This document shows positions 40,002 through 49,280 of a stretch of DNA of 58,341 bases, in pieces. How positions within the stretch are numbered: the stretch's first letter is position 1; every line of letters begins with the position of its first letter. Below the pieces are notes generated by a model. The model worked only from the letters and a program-made list of their open reading frames with translations. It did not search any database and was not told the DNA's origin. A program made the position numbers and the translations under genes. Source of the DNA: Methanotrichaceae archaeon (GTDB lineage Archaea; Halobacteriota; Methanosarcinia; Methanotrichales; Methanotrichaceae); contig CAVVKN010000011.1 in NCBI GenBank assembly GCA_963748825.1, forward strand, positions 1 through 58,341, read 5' to 3'.

Positions 40002-40994
40002 TTCAGGTACACCTCTAGTAGCTATGCCTATCCATACGTGGTGCGTTATGAATTTATCGATCCAGGGGGAGGGAATGGGGGGAGGGAAAGGGATGAGACA
40101 CGGAAATGTACTGGCAATAATGACGAGATCAAGTTCTCTGATGGAGAGGGTTTGACGAGGTCACGGGCACGGGGATTCATGGGTACTATCACTGGATCTA
40201 CGTGAGACGTGCGGATGCGTGAGCCCGAGTAGCCAGGCGGAAGGGGGGCCAGTGGGCGCGAAAATCATAAATCATAATACGATCTAAACCAAACGGTCTT
40301 TATGGTAAATGTTGAGGATATTAAGAAGATACAGGATTTGACTAGGCAAGTTGAATCTAGCGAAGGATGGGAAATAGAGATACGAAACCAGAAATTTAGG
40401 TACAAGTTATTATATATTTACGACAAACTATAACCCGCTTAAAAATGCTCTTAAGTTTTTTAATAGTAATGATGTTATAGTCCTGCACCGAAATAATGAA
40501 ATAAATTATATACTTCTAGATTTACCCTATTTGAAAGCCTGGGACCGATGGTCAAAGGAAGGGGGAAAATATTTGAATAATGCTAAAGATAATATTACTT
40601 CGCTTGATATTATAAATGATTATGGTTCATTAGTAATTTAGTTTTATAATTGGTTCTTGATGAGACAAGAAGAATTGTGCAAAGAGGAATTTGAGCAATC
40701 TCAGAAACTCAAAGACGAATATAATAAACTTGATCTGAAAATATTTTCCCGACTTTCAAATGAGTTAAAAAAAAGTGACAACTTATATATATATATATTT
40801 GAATACGTTATATATAGGCAGAAACACACATAGCTTTACAACTTTATTCTTCTTTCCCATGCTCATCTGATTAGTATATAGAGTCAAGAGTTTGGGACTC
40901 CACATAATGATTTAAATATGAAAAGACAATAGTAGTACAGCTAAGTTAAGCCTTACTGGCAGGATCGAAGGCTTTAGGCTTGGGAGATTCTACA

Positions 40995-41621
40995 ATGTAC
41001 AAAAAAATATTTGCCGTCGTAGGAGTCCTTCTCATCTTGTGCTCTGCCACAGCATGGGCACAGAAGGAAGCCGCAACTCAAATGAGCGCTTTATCGAAAG
41101 ATATAGTATCTGCTTCCGCCATATCGAAAAATGCTGCATCAGCTTCGGCGAGCGTGAAACAACTTCAAAGCATTTATTCAGGAAACTTTTTCCTCCAGCG
41201 CATGCCTGATCTTAGAGTAACACAGGTTATTCCAGGTACGCCTTCGTTTGAAAGCAGTAGTGTGGTCAATGTTCCGCTCACAGTAACCATTAAGAACTTC
41301 GGAGCATCAACCAAGGAACGTTTCAAAATCAGTGTAGATGCCCAAGTCGATGGAGGATCGAGATATGTGAAACCCTTCACTGTTCCCCGTCAGAGTGATA
41401 TGTGGTACCCCTGGCAAAATGGTTTGGCTAGCGGGGCTGAAGTTACTTTCACTGGAAATCTACAAATAGGAACTCCTTCAGGTGATTCGCTCTCCGGCAA
41501 ATCCGCCATCATCTATGCAATCGTAGACAGTATATCTGGTGATGAGTTTGTACCAGACTCGGGGAGAGTTATGGAAAGCAATGAGGTAAACAATGAGATG
41601 ATGGCAGAAATTCAACTCTAG
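40995..41621 (+). CDS. Secreted protein with a CARDB-like Ig domain
   Basis: Signal peptide; PDLRV..VTIKNFG..YAIVDS..VMESNEVNN. Confidence 0.75.
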   Translation: MYKKIFAVVGVLLILCSATAWAQKEAATQMSALSKDIVSASAISKNAASASASVKQLQSIYSGNFFLQRMPDLRVTQVIPGTPSFESSSVVNVPLTVTIKNFGASTKERFKISVDAQVDGGSRYVKPFTVPRQSDMWYPWQNGLASGAEVTFTGNLQIGTPSGDSLSGKSAIIYAIVDSISGDEFVPDSGRVMESNEVNNEMMAEIQL

Positions 41622-41824
41622 ATTTCGAAGATTAATCTTAACCTACATTAGATAACCGTATTGAACTTAAGCCTGTAAGCGATACAGGACAGCCGACCGA
41701 GTTAACCAACTCGGTGTTCTTTCTCATTAACGAGAGAAAAAGAGGTTATCCAAGAGCGGATCTCGAGAGTCATGCATAGTCACGTTGAATCTGATGCTCC
41801 GTCCACATTTTTTTATTACTTCGG

Positions 41825-42112
41825 GAGCGCGAAGGGTCACGAATACCCCTACCTTCAGGTCGGGGATGAAGTGAACCCTCGCCCGTTTTTGGGGTTGGAA
41901 ATCTATTATGCTTAAGTGGCAAATTCCTTTGATCCGTTGGAAATATAATAAGGATTCTCAAAGGAAACCGAAGCAGAGTATCAATCGTGCAGAACAAGGG
42001 GACCTGGACAACTGAGACTTGACGATTTCTGAATTCCCGAAAACCGGGCGTGCGGGGAGTGTGGCCCGAAGCATACCCCGTCCTTTAGGGTGGGGTGGCC
42101 GTGCGTAGTTTG
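41825..42112 (+). mobile_element. Internally deleted IS200/IS605-family element (non-autonomous)
   Basis: Left hairpin CCCCTACCTTCAGGTCGGGG, right hairpin ACCCCGTCCTTTAGGGTGGGGT; remnant GKFL*SVGNI / QLRLDDF* resembling a TnpA C-terminus. Confidence 0.65.
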
Positions 42113-42137
42113 ATTTTAAAGAATACTCTTCTCAATA

Positions 42138-42221
42138 GCGGGGTTTAACTTTCCAAATTTCATTTAAAGACTTAAGATATATTCTCGCAGGAGTTCACGG
42201 GTTCGAATCCCTTTTCGGGCA
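42138..42221 (+). pseudogene. Degenerate tRNA-Leu(TAA)
   Basis: 84 nt: GCGGGGTT...AGAC-T-TAA-GA...CTCGCAGGAG (variable arm) TTCACGGG-TTCGAAT-CCC...GCA; D-arm and acceptor stem do not pair. Confidence 0.65.
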
Positions 42222-42254
42222 GTGGAAAGGTTCTGGATCTTCCCCTGGCAGATG

Positions 42255-42444
42255 TGGCCCCGAGCACCAGCTTATCGACACGCCGCCGGTGATCCAATGT
42301 CATTTTGATGGGCAATCATGCCTCCCAAACTCCCTCCGGAGATATGGCCCCGATCAACTGCAAGGGCATTCATCAGGCCAACGGTCTCCCCGATAATCTG
42401 CACAATGGTACAGGGGCCGGGCCAATCGCAGCGACCCCACCCGA
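42255..42444 (-). pseudogene. Alpha/beta hydrolase fragment abutting repeat copy 1
   Basis: GRCDWPGPCTIVQIIGETVGLMNALAVDRGHISGGSLGGMIA / RRVDKLVLGAT; GxSxGG motif. Confidence 0.65.
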
Positions 42445-42535
42445 TGCTCCGGCGCCCGTTAGCGAGCGCCGCTGCCGGGCTCCGGGCCCGTCTGGCTGCC
42501 ACCCACAGGGCTGCCGGGCCGGGAGGGCGAGCGCC
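42445..42535 (+). repeat. GC-rich cassette-separating repeat, copy 1
   Basis: TGCTCCGGCGCCCGTTAGCGAGCGCCGCTGCCGGGC...GGGAGGGCGAGCGCC. Confidence 0.95.
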
Positions 42536-42630
42536 TTCTGGTTCACTCAAGACCTGAGGGCTTGATTATTTCCAAGAATATGATTCCGAGGTAGAGTTAC
42601 GTTCTAAGGTGCAGCAAGCACTGAACATGC

Positions 42631-43620
42631 TCAATAGGCTGTGGAGGACTTGATCCGCATAAGGAGTTGGGACAACCTTGGCATCGAGTAGCTCCCAGAT
42701 ATAATATCCAGAATATACTCGAAATAGCTAACTCCTTGCTTTCTGCATGTGTCAAGGATAGTCAATTGATTCTCCCAAGCGGCCTTGCCGGATTCGCTTC
42801 GAGTTCCGTAGCTGATCTTCCTCTTGATCACGCCTTCCCGCACAGCTATCTCGGAACCGTTGTTATGTAACGGCAGCTCAGGATAGATCAGTACCTTCAG
42901 TAACCTATCCTTTCGCTTTCTCGTCGATGCTATTGTTTCATCCAGCATCACATAACCTGTTTTGGCTGTGGGCGAGAAGATGAAATCAAAGAGCCACTTA
43001 AGATATACCCCAAAACCACAATCAGGATTCTCTTTAAAATCCGCCAGCAGTTCATAATAGTGCCATAGCCGATCGATAAAACCACTCAGCAGAGTTCTAT
43101 GTTGTTCAAGAACGGGTGTTAGTTTCCTATAATGCCGTATCTCATGTATCCAGCATAGCCCCTGCTTTGAAGATATGGAATGGAATTGCTGGGCAGCATC
43201 CGAAACCATTGGCTTGTCTATTTGCTCGCCTTCTTTCAATCCGAAAATGGGTCTCAAATCATCTTTGCTTTTTCCGCCTAGAATGAAGAACGAGCCGAAC
43301 TGATCATTGCACACCACGTCCAGATAATGATTTTTCCCTGCGTGCCTGGCACCAGTATCATCTATCTGAAAGTAATCTGCGTTCTCCATACCGGTTTTGA
43401 ATATCGCATTTTTTTCGGCGGTAAATTCTTCGCGCTTCTCTTCGATCATGATGTTTGAGATCGTGCCTTCAGAGATGATGGTGCCGATGCTGCTCCAAGA
43501 TCTTCTGGATTTTGTTCTCGGTTAGCTCTTCCCAGGTTATGGAGGGTGATCGCGAAATGCTTTCAGGCGGCTTCCAAAACTGGTCCCTTGCAGATCCTTT
43601 GGAAGTTTCGCTTCGAAGAA
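42631..43620 (-). pseudogene. IS66-family transposase C-terminal part
   Basis: QIDDTGAR, LCWIHEIRHY, LPLHNNGSEIAVREGVIKRKISYGTRS, DTCRKQGVS; frameshifted upstream of 43449. Confidence 0.85.
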
Positions 43621-44791
43621 TGTTCGTCGTATACTACAGGGCAGCAGAAAAGTTATCCGAGCACGGATTGTTTTGCTGGCTGCGATTGGCAAAAATAATC
43701 GCGAAATCGCTAATGAATTAGATGTGTCCTTGGACACTGCTCGATTATGGCGGCAACGATGGCTGGACTTGCAGCCGATTTCTTTGGACGATCTGAGTGT
43801 TGAAGAACGCTTGGATGACCTGCCAAGACCCGGAGCACCACCTCGTTTAACTGCAAACCAGATTTGTCAGATCCAACAGCTGGCTTGTGAGAAACCTGCT
43901 GAATCTGGACGTCCAATTAGCCAATGGACAAGCCGTGAGATTGCAGCTGAAATAATGAAGCGGGGCATTGTAGATACGATTTCAGCTCGTCATTCTGCCA
44001 GGATTTAAAAAAAGGTCTCCAACCACACGATTCGCTACTGGCTAACACCTGCGCCGGACGAACGGTTTGACGAAAAGGTAGACGACATCAATTCATTGTA
44101 CCAACAAGCCCAGAATTTAGCTCAAAAAGGTGAAGTTGTAATGAGCATCGATGAAATGACGGGGGTTCAAGCTCTCGAACGCAAACACCCTGGATTGCCA
44201 ATGGCACCAGGAAAAGTGGAACGAAGAGAGTTTGAGTACGTCAGGCATGGAACTCAATCATTCATCGTGAGCTTTGCGGTAGCCAGCGGACGGATTGACA
44301 CCATTTCTTGCGGCGATACGCGCAATGAAGATGACTTCGTATCGCATATCAAGGAGGTGGTTGAAAGCTCTTTATCCGCATCCCGCTGGCACTTTGTCGC
44401 TGACAACCTCAATATCCATAAATCAGAATCCCTCGTGAGGTATGTGGCCGATATATCCGAGTTGGACATAGACTTAGGAATCAAAGGCAAAAGCGGTGTT
44501 TTGCAGTCGATCGAGACTCGTGAATCATTCTTGACCGATCCATCCCACTCTATCGTCTTTCACTACACGCCGATACACGCTTCTTGGATGAACCAAGTTG
44601 AAATATGGTTTAGCATCTTAGTCCGGAAGCTGCTCAGGCGAGCCTCCTTTGCTTCCATCAATGATTTGAAAGCAAAGGTTTTGGCGTTTGTCGAGTACTT
44701 CAACCAAACAATGGCAAAGCCGTTCAAATGGACATATCGAGGGAGAGCACTTGCTGCCTAAAATTAGGCTTATTTAAGCCCAGCTGTACTA
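43621..44791 (+). mobile_element. IS630-family element lacking its left end; two-ORF transposase (43673-44008, 44096-44761)
   Basis: DLPRPGAPP HTH, A7 slippery site near 44007, [35 protein letters not shown]; right TIR TTATTTAAGCCCAGCTGTACTA. Confidence 0.88.
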
Positions 44792-44999
44792 GATGCTTTA
44801 GATCAAGATGGTCGGCATTCAAGTGCGATACGTCCTGCTCTATACTTCCATCCACATATCTATGTTAGATACTATTACTATTTATAATTTTACTATATTG
44901 GCTTGGTTTAAATCTATATCCACATGATATTGAGCATGTTCCAAGCACTTCTGATATGTTGGACATTGATTCAATCTATTGCAAAAAAATTTATAGACT

Positions 45000-46511
45000 T
45001 TAGGGTCTAACATAAATCCGTCTTGTGGTTGTATTCTCAATGTCATTGCTATCTTGAACTGTAAATTTTATGAGGTATTCTCCCGGATTTTCAATCACTT
45101 CTCGGATCTTGCTTGTGTTGATATTCGAACTCGCTGGGGAACCGGAATAGAGGAGAAGTTGATTGGCATACCAATTAAAGGATTTTACTTTGCTACTGGG
45201 GCAAAGAAAAGCACTTCCCTTAAAATTGATTCCCTGACCTACTCTGGGGTTTTCCGAAATATTTTCTATCTTAGCAACAGGACACTGAGATACCTCAATA
45301 TTTATTTCAGATATGCTTGTACCGGCTTCATTTGATGCCATTAGAATATATTTCTCGGTGGACAGTGGTGAGATAGGTTGCGACCCTTCCATATCCACCC
45401 TCATTCCATTAAGTGTAGTATTGTAGGGATCAGCACCGCTAATTTTCCAATTCAAATTTGCGGATTCGCCTCTAGTAATCTTTTTCTTATCCGGCCAGAA
45501 GTCCAAATGAGGCTTTTGAATCAGCACAGTCAAATTCGATATAGAAGAATTCGTTCCATAATCGTTTATTGCGATCAATCTGTATGTCGTGTTTCTGTTG
45601 GGGCTGACTTGCAAACTTCCTGCGTCCTTAAGAGTTTCGGAAGTGATTGCAGGTTCTATCCGTATTGTATCGACATTGTTTACATGCCAGCTCAAAACTG
45701 CAGAATCGCCATCACTTTTAATTCTATTTGGTTCTACCTTGAATTCGACTATCTCGGGCTTTCGTGAAATAATCGTCACCGTAACACTACTCTCGTTATA
45801 TTTCCATCCAAAGTTGTTAGCTACTAATGTATAAATCGTGTCATCTAGTATAGGTATTGTTTTTGTTCCAATAGAAATATTTTTCTCATTTGCTTGTAAC
45901 TCACACACATTTGGCCGGATTGAAATAGTATTAACGTTAGAGACATTCCACTGCAAAGTGACACTATCGCCCAGATTGACTTGATTTCTGCTAGTATTAA
46001 ATTCATTTATTCTTGGAACGGATTTTGTGGTGAAGGTCCAGATTGGTCCAGATGTGGTCTTGTCTCTGTTGTTCTTAGCCTCAATCCTCCAGTAATATTT
46101 AGTGTTAGGATTCAAAGATTTCTCAAGAGGACATCGGATCTCTTTATAAGAGTTCGTAAAATTTATTGGATCTAATTTGGTCCAATTGCCACCTTCAGGC
46201 CTTAGAAAGACCTGATAATTGATGGTGAGAGCATCAATTTTAATTGGATTCTTGGATCCAATAGAGATAAGGAATTTGTTAAGCACTGATTCATTATTCT
46301 CCCCGAACCAGGATAAAGTTAAGGGATAAGAAATATCTAGGGTTCCATTGGGTGGAAATTTTAATTCTGGATTTGATGGCGAAGGGGTTACAGATTGAAT
46401 TATTAAGAAAAGAAACGCCAAACCTAGTACACTAACAAACACTAACAGGTTTTTATTTGTGATAATATTACTTAATATATTTCCTTGCATTTTGGTTTCA
46501 TCTTTTTCCAT
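45000..46511 (-). CDS. N-terminally anchored surface protein with FN3-like and repeated Ig-like domains
   Basis: TM near the N-terminus; LNPNTKYYWRIEAKN..GPIWTFTT; three repeats of S..L.W.V.N...TY.L.A.N..G; AT-rich. Confidence 0.8.
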   Translation of the reverse strand: MEKDETKMQGNILSNIITNKNLLVFVSVLGLAFLFLIIQSVTPSPSNPELKFPPNGTLDISYPLTLSWFGENNESVLNKFLISIGSKNPIKIDALTINYQVFLRPEGGNWTKLDPINFTNSYKEIRCPLEKSLNPNTKYYWRIEAKNNRDKTTSGPIWTFTTKSVPRINEFNTSRNQVNLGDSVTLQWNVSNVNTISIRPNVCELQANEKNISIGTKTIPILDDTIYTLVANNFGWKYNESSVTVTIISRKPEIVEFKVEPNRIKSDGDSAVLSWHVNNVDTIRIEPAITSETLKDAGSLQVSPNRNTTYRLIAINDYGTNSSISNLTVLIQKPHLDFWPDKKKITRGESANLNWKISGADPYNTTLNGMRVDMEGSQPISPLSTEKYILMASNEAGTSISEINIEVSQCPVAKIENISENPRVGQGINFKGSAFLCPSSKVKSFNWYANQLLLYSGSPASSNINTSKIREVIENPGEYLIKFTVQDSNDIENTTTRRIYVRP

Positions 46512-46740
46512 ATCTATTACTCCTGCCGGAATGCATTTTTATATATTATTTTATAGTACCAATTAATTACTAGACAAATATACTAGTTTAAGGCACAAGT
46601 TGTATATATATCTTAACTTGGCTACTTAGGGATTAATTCTCGTTCTCTTTTTAATTTTTCATTATCCTTTGAATCGATCTGCAGTAAATGATACATGGCA
46701 GTCTTGCTATTGCTTACTTGACCTCTAGCTTCCTCCTGCG

Positions 46741-46831
46741 TGCTCCCGCGCCCGTGAGCGAGCGCCGCTGCCGGGCTCTCGGCCCGCCTGGCGGCCACCC
46801 ACAGGGCTGCCGGGCCGGGAGGGCGAGCGCC
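46741..46831 (+). repeat. GC-rich cassette-separating repeat, copy 2
   Basis: TGCTCCCGCGCCCGTGAGCGAGCGCCGCTGCCGGGC...GGGAGGGCGAGCGCC. Confidence 0.95.
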
Positions 46832-46918
46832 TCGTGGCCCTCCTAAGGGAAGGGAGAGCTTGCAGTCTCATGCGTCATTTTAAGCCGACGAAATGGAAAT
46901 CAAAGGAAGTTTGCGCGT

Positions 46919-47017
46919 CTCTGCGTCCTCTGCGTCTCTGCGGTTAATAATCGTAGCTGAATAATTTAACTCTGAGGTTTACGGGAATAAAACCGCAGAG
47001 TCGCAGAGAGCACAGAG
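46919..47017. repeat. 27-bp inverted repeat built from CTCTGCG units
   Basis: CTCTGCGTCCTCTGCGTCTCTGCGGTT (46919-46945) versus AACCGCAGAGTCGCAGAGAGCACAGAG (46991-47017). Confidence 0.85.
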
Positions 47018-47196
47018 GACGAACGAACGGAGAACGGAGAACTACCAATCGGCAGTTTTCTCAAGGCGGAAATCAATAAGGGTGTGGCAAGAATTGTCAT
47101 TCTTTCATCGAAACTTCGCGGCTTCGCGCCTTCGCGTGAACCCGGATCTCGGGCAAGGCTGCGAAGAAGCCATGATCGCTGCGCTCCGCACCAACG

Positions 47197-47287
47197 TGCC
47201 CCTGCGCCCGTGAGCGAGTGCCGCAGCCGGGCACCTGGCCCGCCTGGCCGCCACCCGCAGGGCTGCCGGGCCGGGAGGGCGAGCACC
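47197..47287 (+). repeat. GC-rich cassette-separating repeat, copy 3
   Basis: TGCCCCTGCGCCCGTGAGCGAGTGCCGCAGCCGGGC...GGGAGGGCGAGCACC. Confidence 0.95.
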
Positions 47288-47337
47288 TCAAGATACTCAA
47301 GGCAGAAAGAATCTACAATGGCACAAGGATTTGATTT

Positions 47338-47730
47338 CTATTTTAACTCTGGTATCTTGCGTCCTTTTTCAGTGCGATCAAAATCTGCATCAAAGCTCAT
47401 TATCTGCAGGCCATACTTCTGTGCGACGGCATATTGGTAGGAATCATCAAAATCCAAACGGAACCTTTTCGAGACTTCTGCCATAGCGAGAATCTCTTCC
47501 GGATCTAACCCGATCACAGTTATTCCTGTCTTTATTATTACGTCCTTCACGAAGCTGTCGTAGGTCTCATGTCTGTTTCTTTGGAAAAGGAAAACCCCAA
47601 TGGAATGAAGTGAGAAATCCGTTATAAAAAGATCTGAGGAGGGGTTTGCGATAAATAGATGCTTGGCAGCCTTGCTCTTCTCTCGCTGCAGCAAGATCTC
47701 CAAAAATATATTCGTGTCCAGGAGGTACAT
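47338..47730 (-). CDS. vapC: PIN-domain (VapC-like) toxin
   Basis: YLLDTNIFLE, LDFDDSYQY, IMSFDADFD. Confidence 0.9.
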   Translation of the reverse strand: MYLLDTNIFLEILLQREKSKAAKHLFIANPSSDLFITDFSLHSIGVFLFQRNRHETYDSFVKDVIIKTGITVIGLDPEEILAMAEVSKRFRLDFDDSYQYAVAQKYGLQIMSFDADFDRTEKGRKIPELK

Positions 47731-47936
47731 TAGGCTCCTCGCATCTTTCCAATCTCGTGCTGGAGTTCCACAGAGGAATACTGCTCTCCCAGATCTGCGA
47801 GAGCTCCTTCCCAGTCAAAAGTCGGCACCTTTTGCTTCTTTTTAGATCTTTTCTCCAGCAAAAATTCTGCATAGCTAATAACTTCTTTTTGAATGTCAAG
47901 AGGCAATTGCTCAACGAACCTAGCGAGGGTTGTCAT
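47730..47936 (-). CDS. DUF2281-type putative antitoxin
   Basis: LP.DIQKEVISYAEFLLEK...FDWEGAL...SSVELQHEI; stop/start overlap with the PIN gene. Confidence 0.85.
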   Translation of the reverse strand: MTTLARFVEQLPLDIQKEVISYAEFLLEKRSKKKQKVPTFDWEGALADLGEQYSSVELQHEIGKMRGA

Positions 47937-48032
47937 TTTTATCTTTCAAATATAGGATGCCTAAGCTTTAATATTTATCGGCAAGGATGATTTCTCCTAA
48001 TTTAACTTAGTTTTTCCTGACGTTCTCACGCG

Positions 48033-48133
48033 TGCTCCCGCGCCCGTGAGCGAGCGCTGCTGCCGGGCACCCGGGCCCGCCTGGCCGCCTGGCCGCCACC
48101 CCGCAGGGCTGCCAGGCCGGGAGGGCGAGCGCC
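48033..48133 (+). repeat. GC-rich cassette-separating repeat, copy 4 (internal GCCTGGCC duplication)
   Basis: TGCTCCCGCGCCCGTGAGCGAGCG...GCCTGGCCGCCTGGCCGCC...GGGAGGGCGAGCGCC. Confidence 0.95.
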
Positions 48134-48188
48134 CGCGGGCTCCAGAAGAATTAAATGGGCTTGCGGAAACTTTGGCAAGCTGGAAGTG

Positions 48189-48446
48189 CTAAGTAGAGGC
48201 ACTCAGCTTCAGCTCAACTTCTCCAGCCCTCAGAGGCTTGGTCAGAAGTCTTCCGGCGCGAAATTCTCTCATGATTTCATCTATCTTTCTAGAAGTTTCG
48301 ATTGAGAAATAGGCCTCACTGCAGCTATCGCAAACGTAGGCCGGCACATCCTTTATTACTATTATCTCACCATCGACTCTGACCGTGAAATCGGTTGTGC
48401 CCTTCTTGAGCCTCCCTTTTCCGCAACTACAGGTGTCAGGAATCAT
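48189..48446 (-). CDS. YgiT-type (MqsA-like) zinc-finger putative antitoxin
   Basis: CSCG...IIVIKDVPAYVCDSCSEAYF; ATGA overlap with the upstream gene. Confidence 0.85.
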   Translation of the reverse strand: MIPDTCSCGKGRLKKGTTDFTVRVDGEIIVIKDVPAYVCDSCSEAYFSIETSRKIDEIMREFRAGRLLTKPLRAGEVELKLSAST

Positions 48447-48760
48447 TTTAGCACTCTCTCTTTGCAATTTATCCATCCATCTTCGTCCGGCAGATATACA
48501 GTCACAACTCTCAGATAATCCAGGCACTTAGCCACAACGACATGACACGGTTTTCCTGGCAGCAACCCAAACATGAGCACCGAGGGGCACGGGAAATCGT
48601 CTGGATAACTCTCTATTATCTCGCCATTTAATATTAAGTTTACGATATCATCGGCCAAAACGTCTCTTTCCACCATCCTGGCATTGGCGTGTTTGGAGAT
48701 GATAATTTTGTCTTCCCAGACAAGCTTCTTTATCTCTTCAATAAGTCCAGAGGAAGACAT
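48443..48760 (-). CDS. DUF4258 putative toxin (RelE/BECR-like fold)
   Basis: SKHANARMVER..GEIIESYPDDFPCPSVL..HVVV..VVTVYLPD..W. Confidence 0.85.
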   Translation of the reverse strand: MSSSGLIEEIKKLVWEDKIIISKHANARMVERDVLADDIVNLILNGEIIESYPDDFPCPSVLMFGLLPGKPCHVVVAKCLDYLRVVTVYLPDEDGWINCKERVLK

Positions 48761-48883
48761 CTGACACCTGCCTTTTTAGTTCAGATCTGGCTTTCCAGAG
48801 AAAAAGATTGCGGGCAGCGGCTACTCTCTTTTGGCATAAATATCGCTCCACTGCCCGACCGTGCTCCTTCGCATCTGTCAGAG

Positions 48884-48977
48884 TGCTCCCGCGCCCGTGA
48901 GCGAGCGGCAGCTTCCGGGCACCCGGGCCCGCCTGGCCGCCACCCCGCAGGGCTGCCAGGCCGGGAGGGCGAGCGCC
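48884..48977 (+). repeat. GC-rich cassette-separating repeat, copy 5
   Basis: TGCTCCCGCGCCCGTGAGCGAGCGG...GCCAGGCCGGGAGGGCGAGCGCC. Confidence 0.95.
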
Positions 48978-49071
48978 CGCAGGCTCATCTAAGACTGGAG
49001 CGCTTGCAGTTGCTCCAAGATTTGTCGGCAGCAAAAACCAAATTGGAAATTATTAATATTAATATAAAAAT

Positions 49072-49248
49072 CTATTTAATGCCACGTCGCTTGATGTATT
49101 CATCCAAGCTGATGAAATCACCCTTCTCACGCTCGATGAGTGCATGAAGTTCCTCTACGGTTGATTCATCTTCTTCCTCAAGGGCGGCAAAATCCATGTC
49201 TTTAAAGGGCTCATCATTTGCTGCTATGACTTTGCTTCGAGCTGCCAT
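49072..49248 (-). CDS. Small acidic putative antitoxin (58 aa, missing from the ORF track)
   Basis: AGGAGA RBS; MAARSKVIAANDEPFKDMDFAALEEEDESTVEELHALIEREKGDFISLDEYIKRRGIK. Confidence 0.75.
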   Translation of the reverse strand: MAARSKVIAANDEPFKDMDFAALEEEDESTVEELHALIEREKGDFISLDEYIKRRGIK

Positions 49249-49280
49249 TGGATAATCATCTCCTTTATTAGTATATTGCT

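Larger units (their letters stand above)
42623..44941 (-). mobile_element. IS66-family element (single-ORF type), disrupted by nested IS630 and a deletion
   Basis: Perfect 14-bp TIR GAACATGCTCAATA (42623-42636 / 44928-44941); 8-bp TSD CAAGCACT (42615-42622, 44942-44949). Confidence 0.88.

Noticed and set aside
40300-40780. AT-rich stretch with short reading frames
   Set aside because: Multiple stops and no recognisable motif; cannot support a gene call
40933-40950. TAGTACAGCT as the missing IS630 left TIR
   Set aside because: Only 10 bp match, 2.7 kb away, outside the IS66 boundaries
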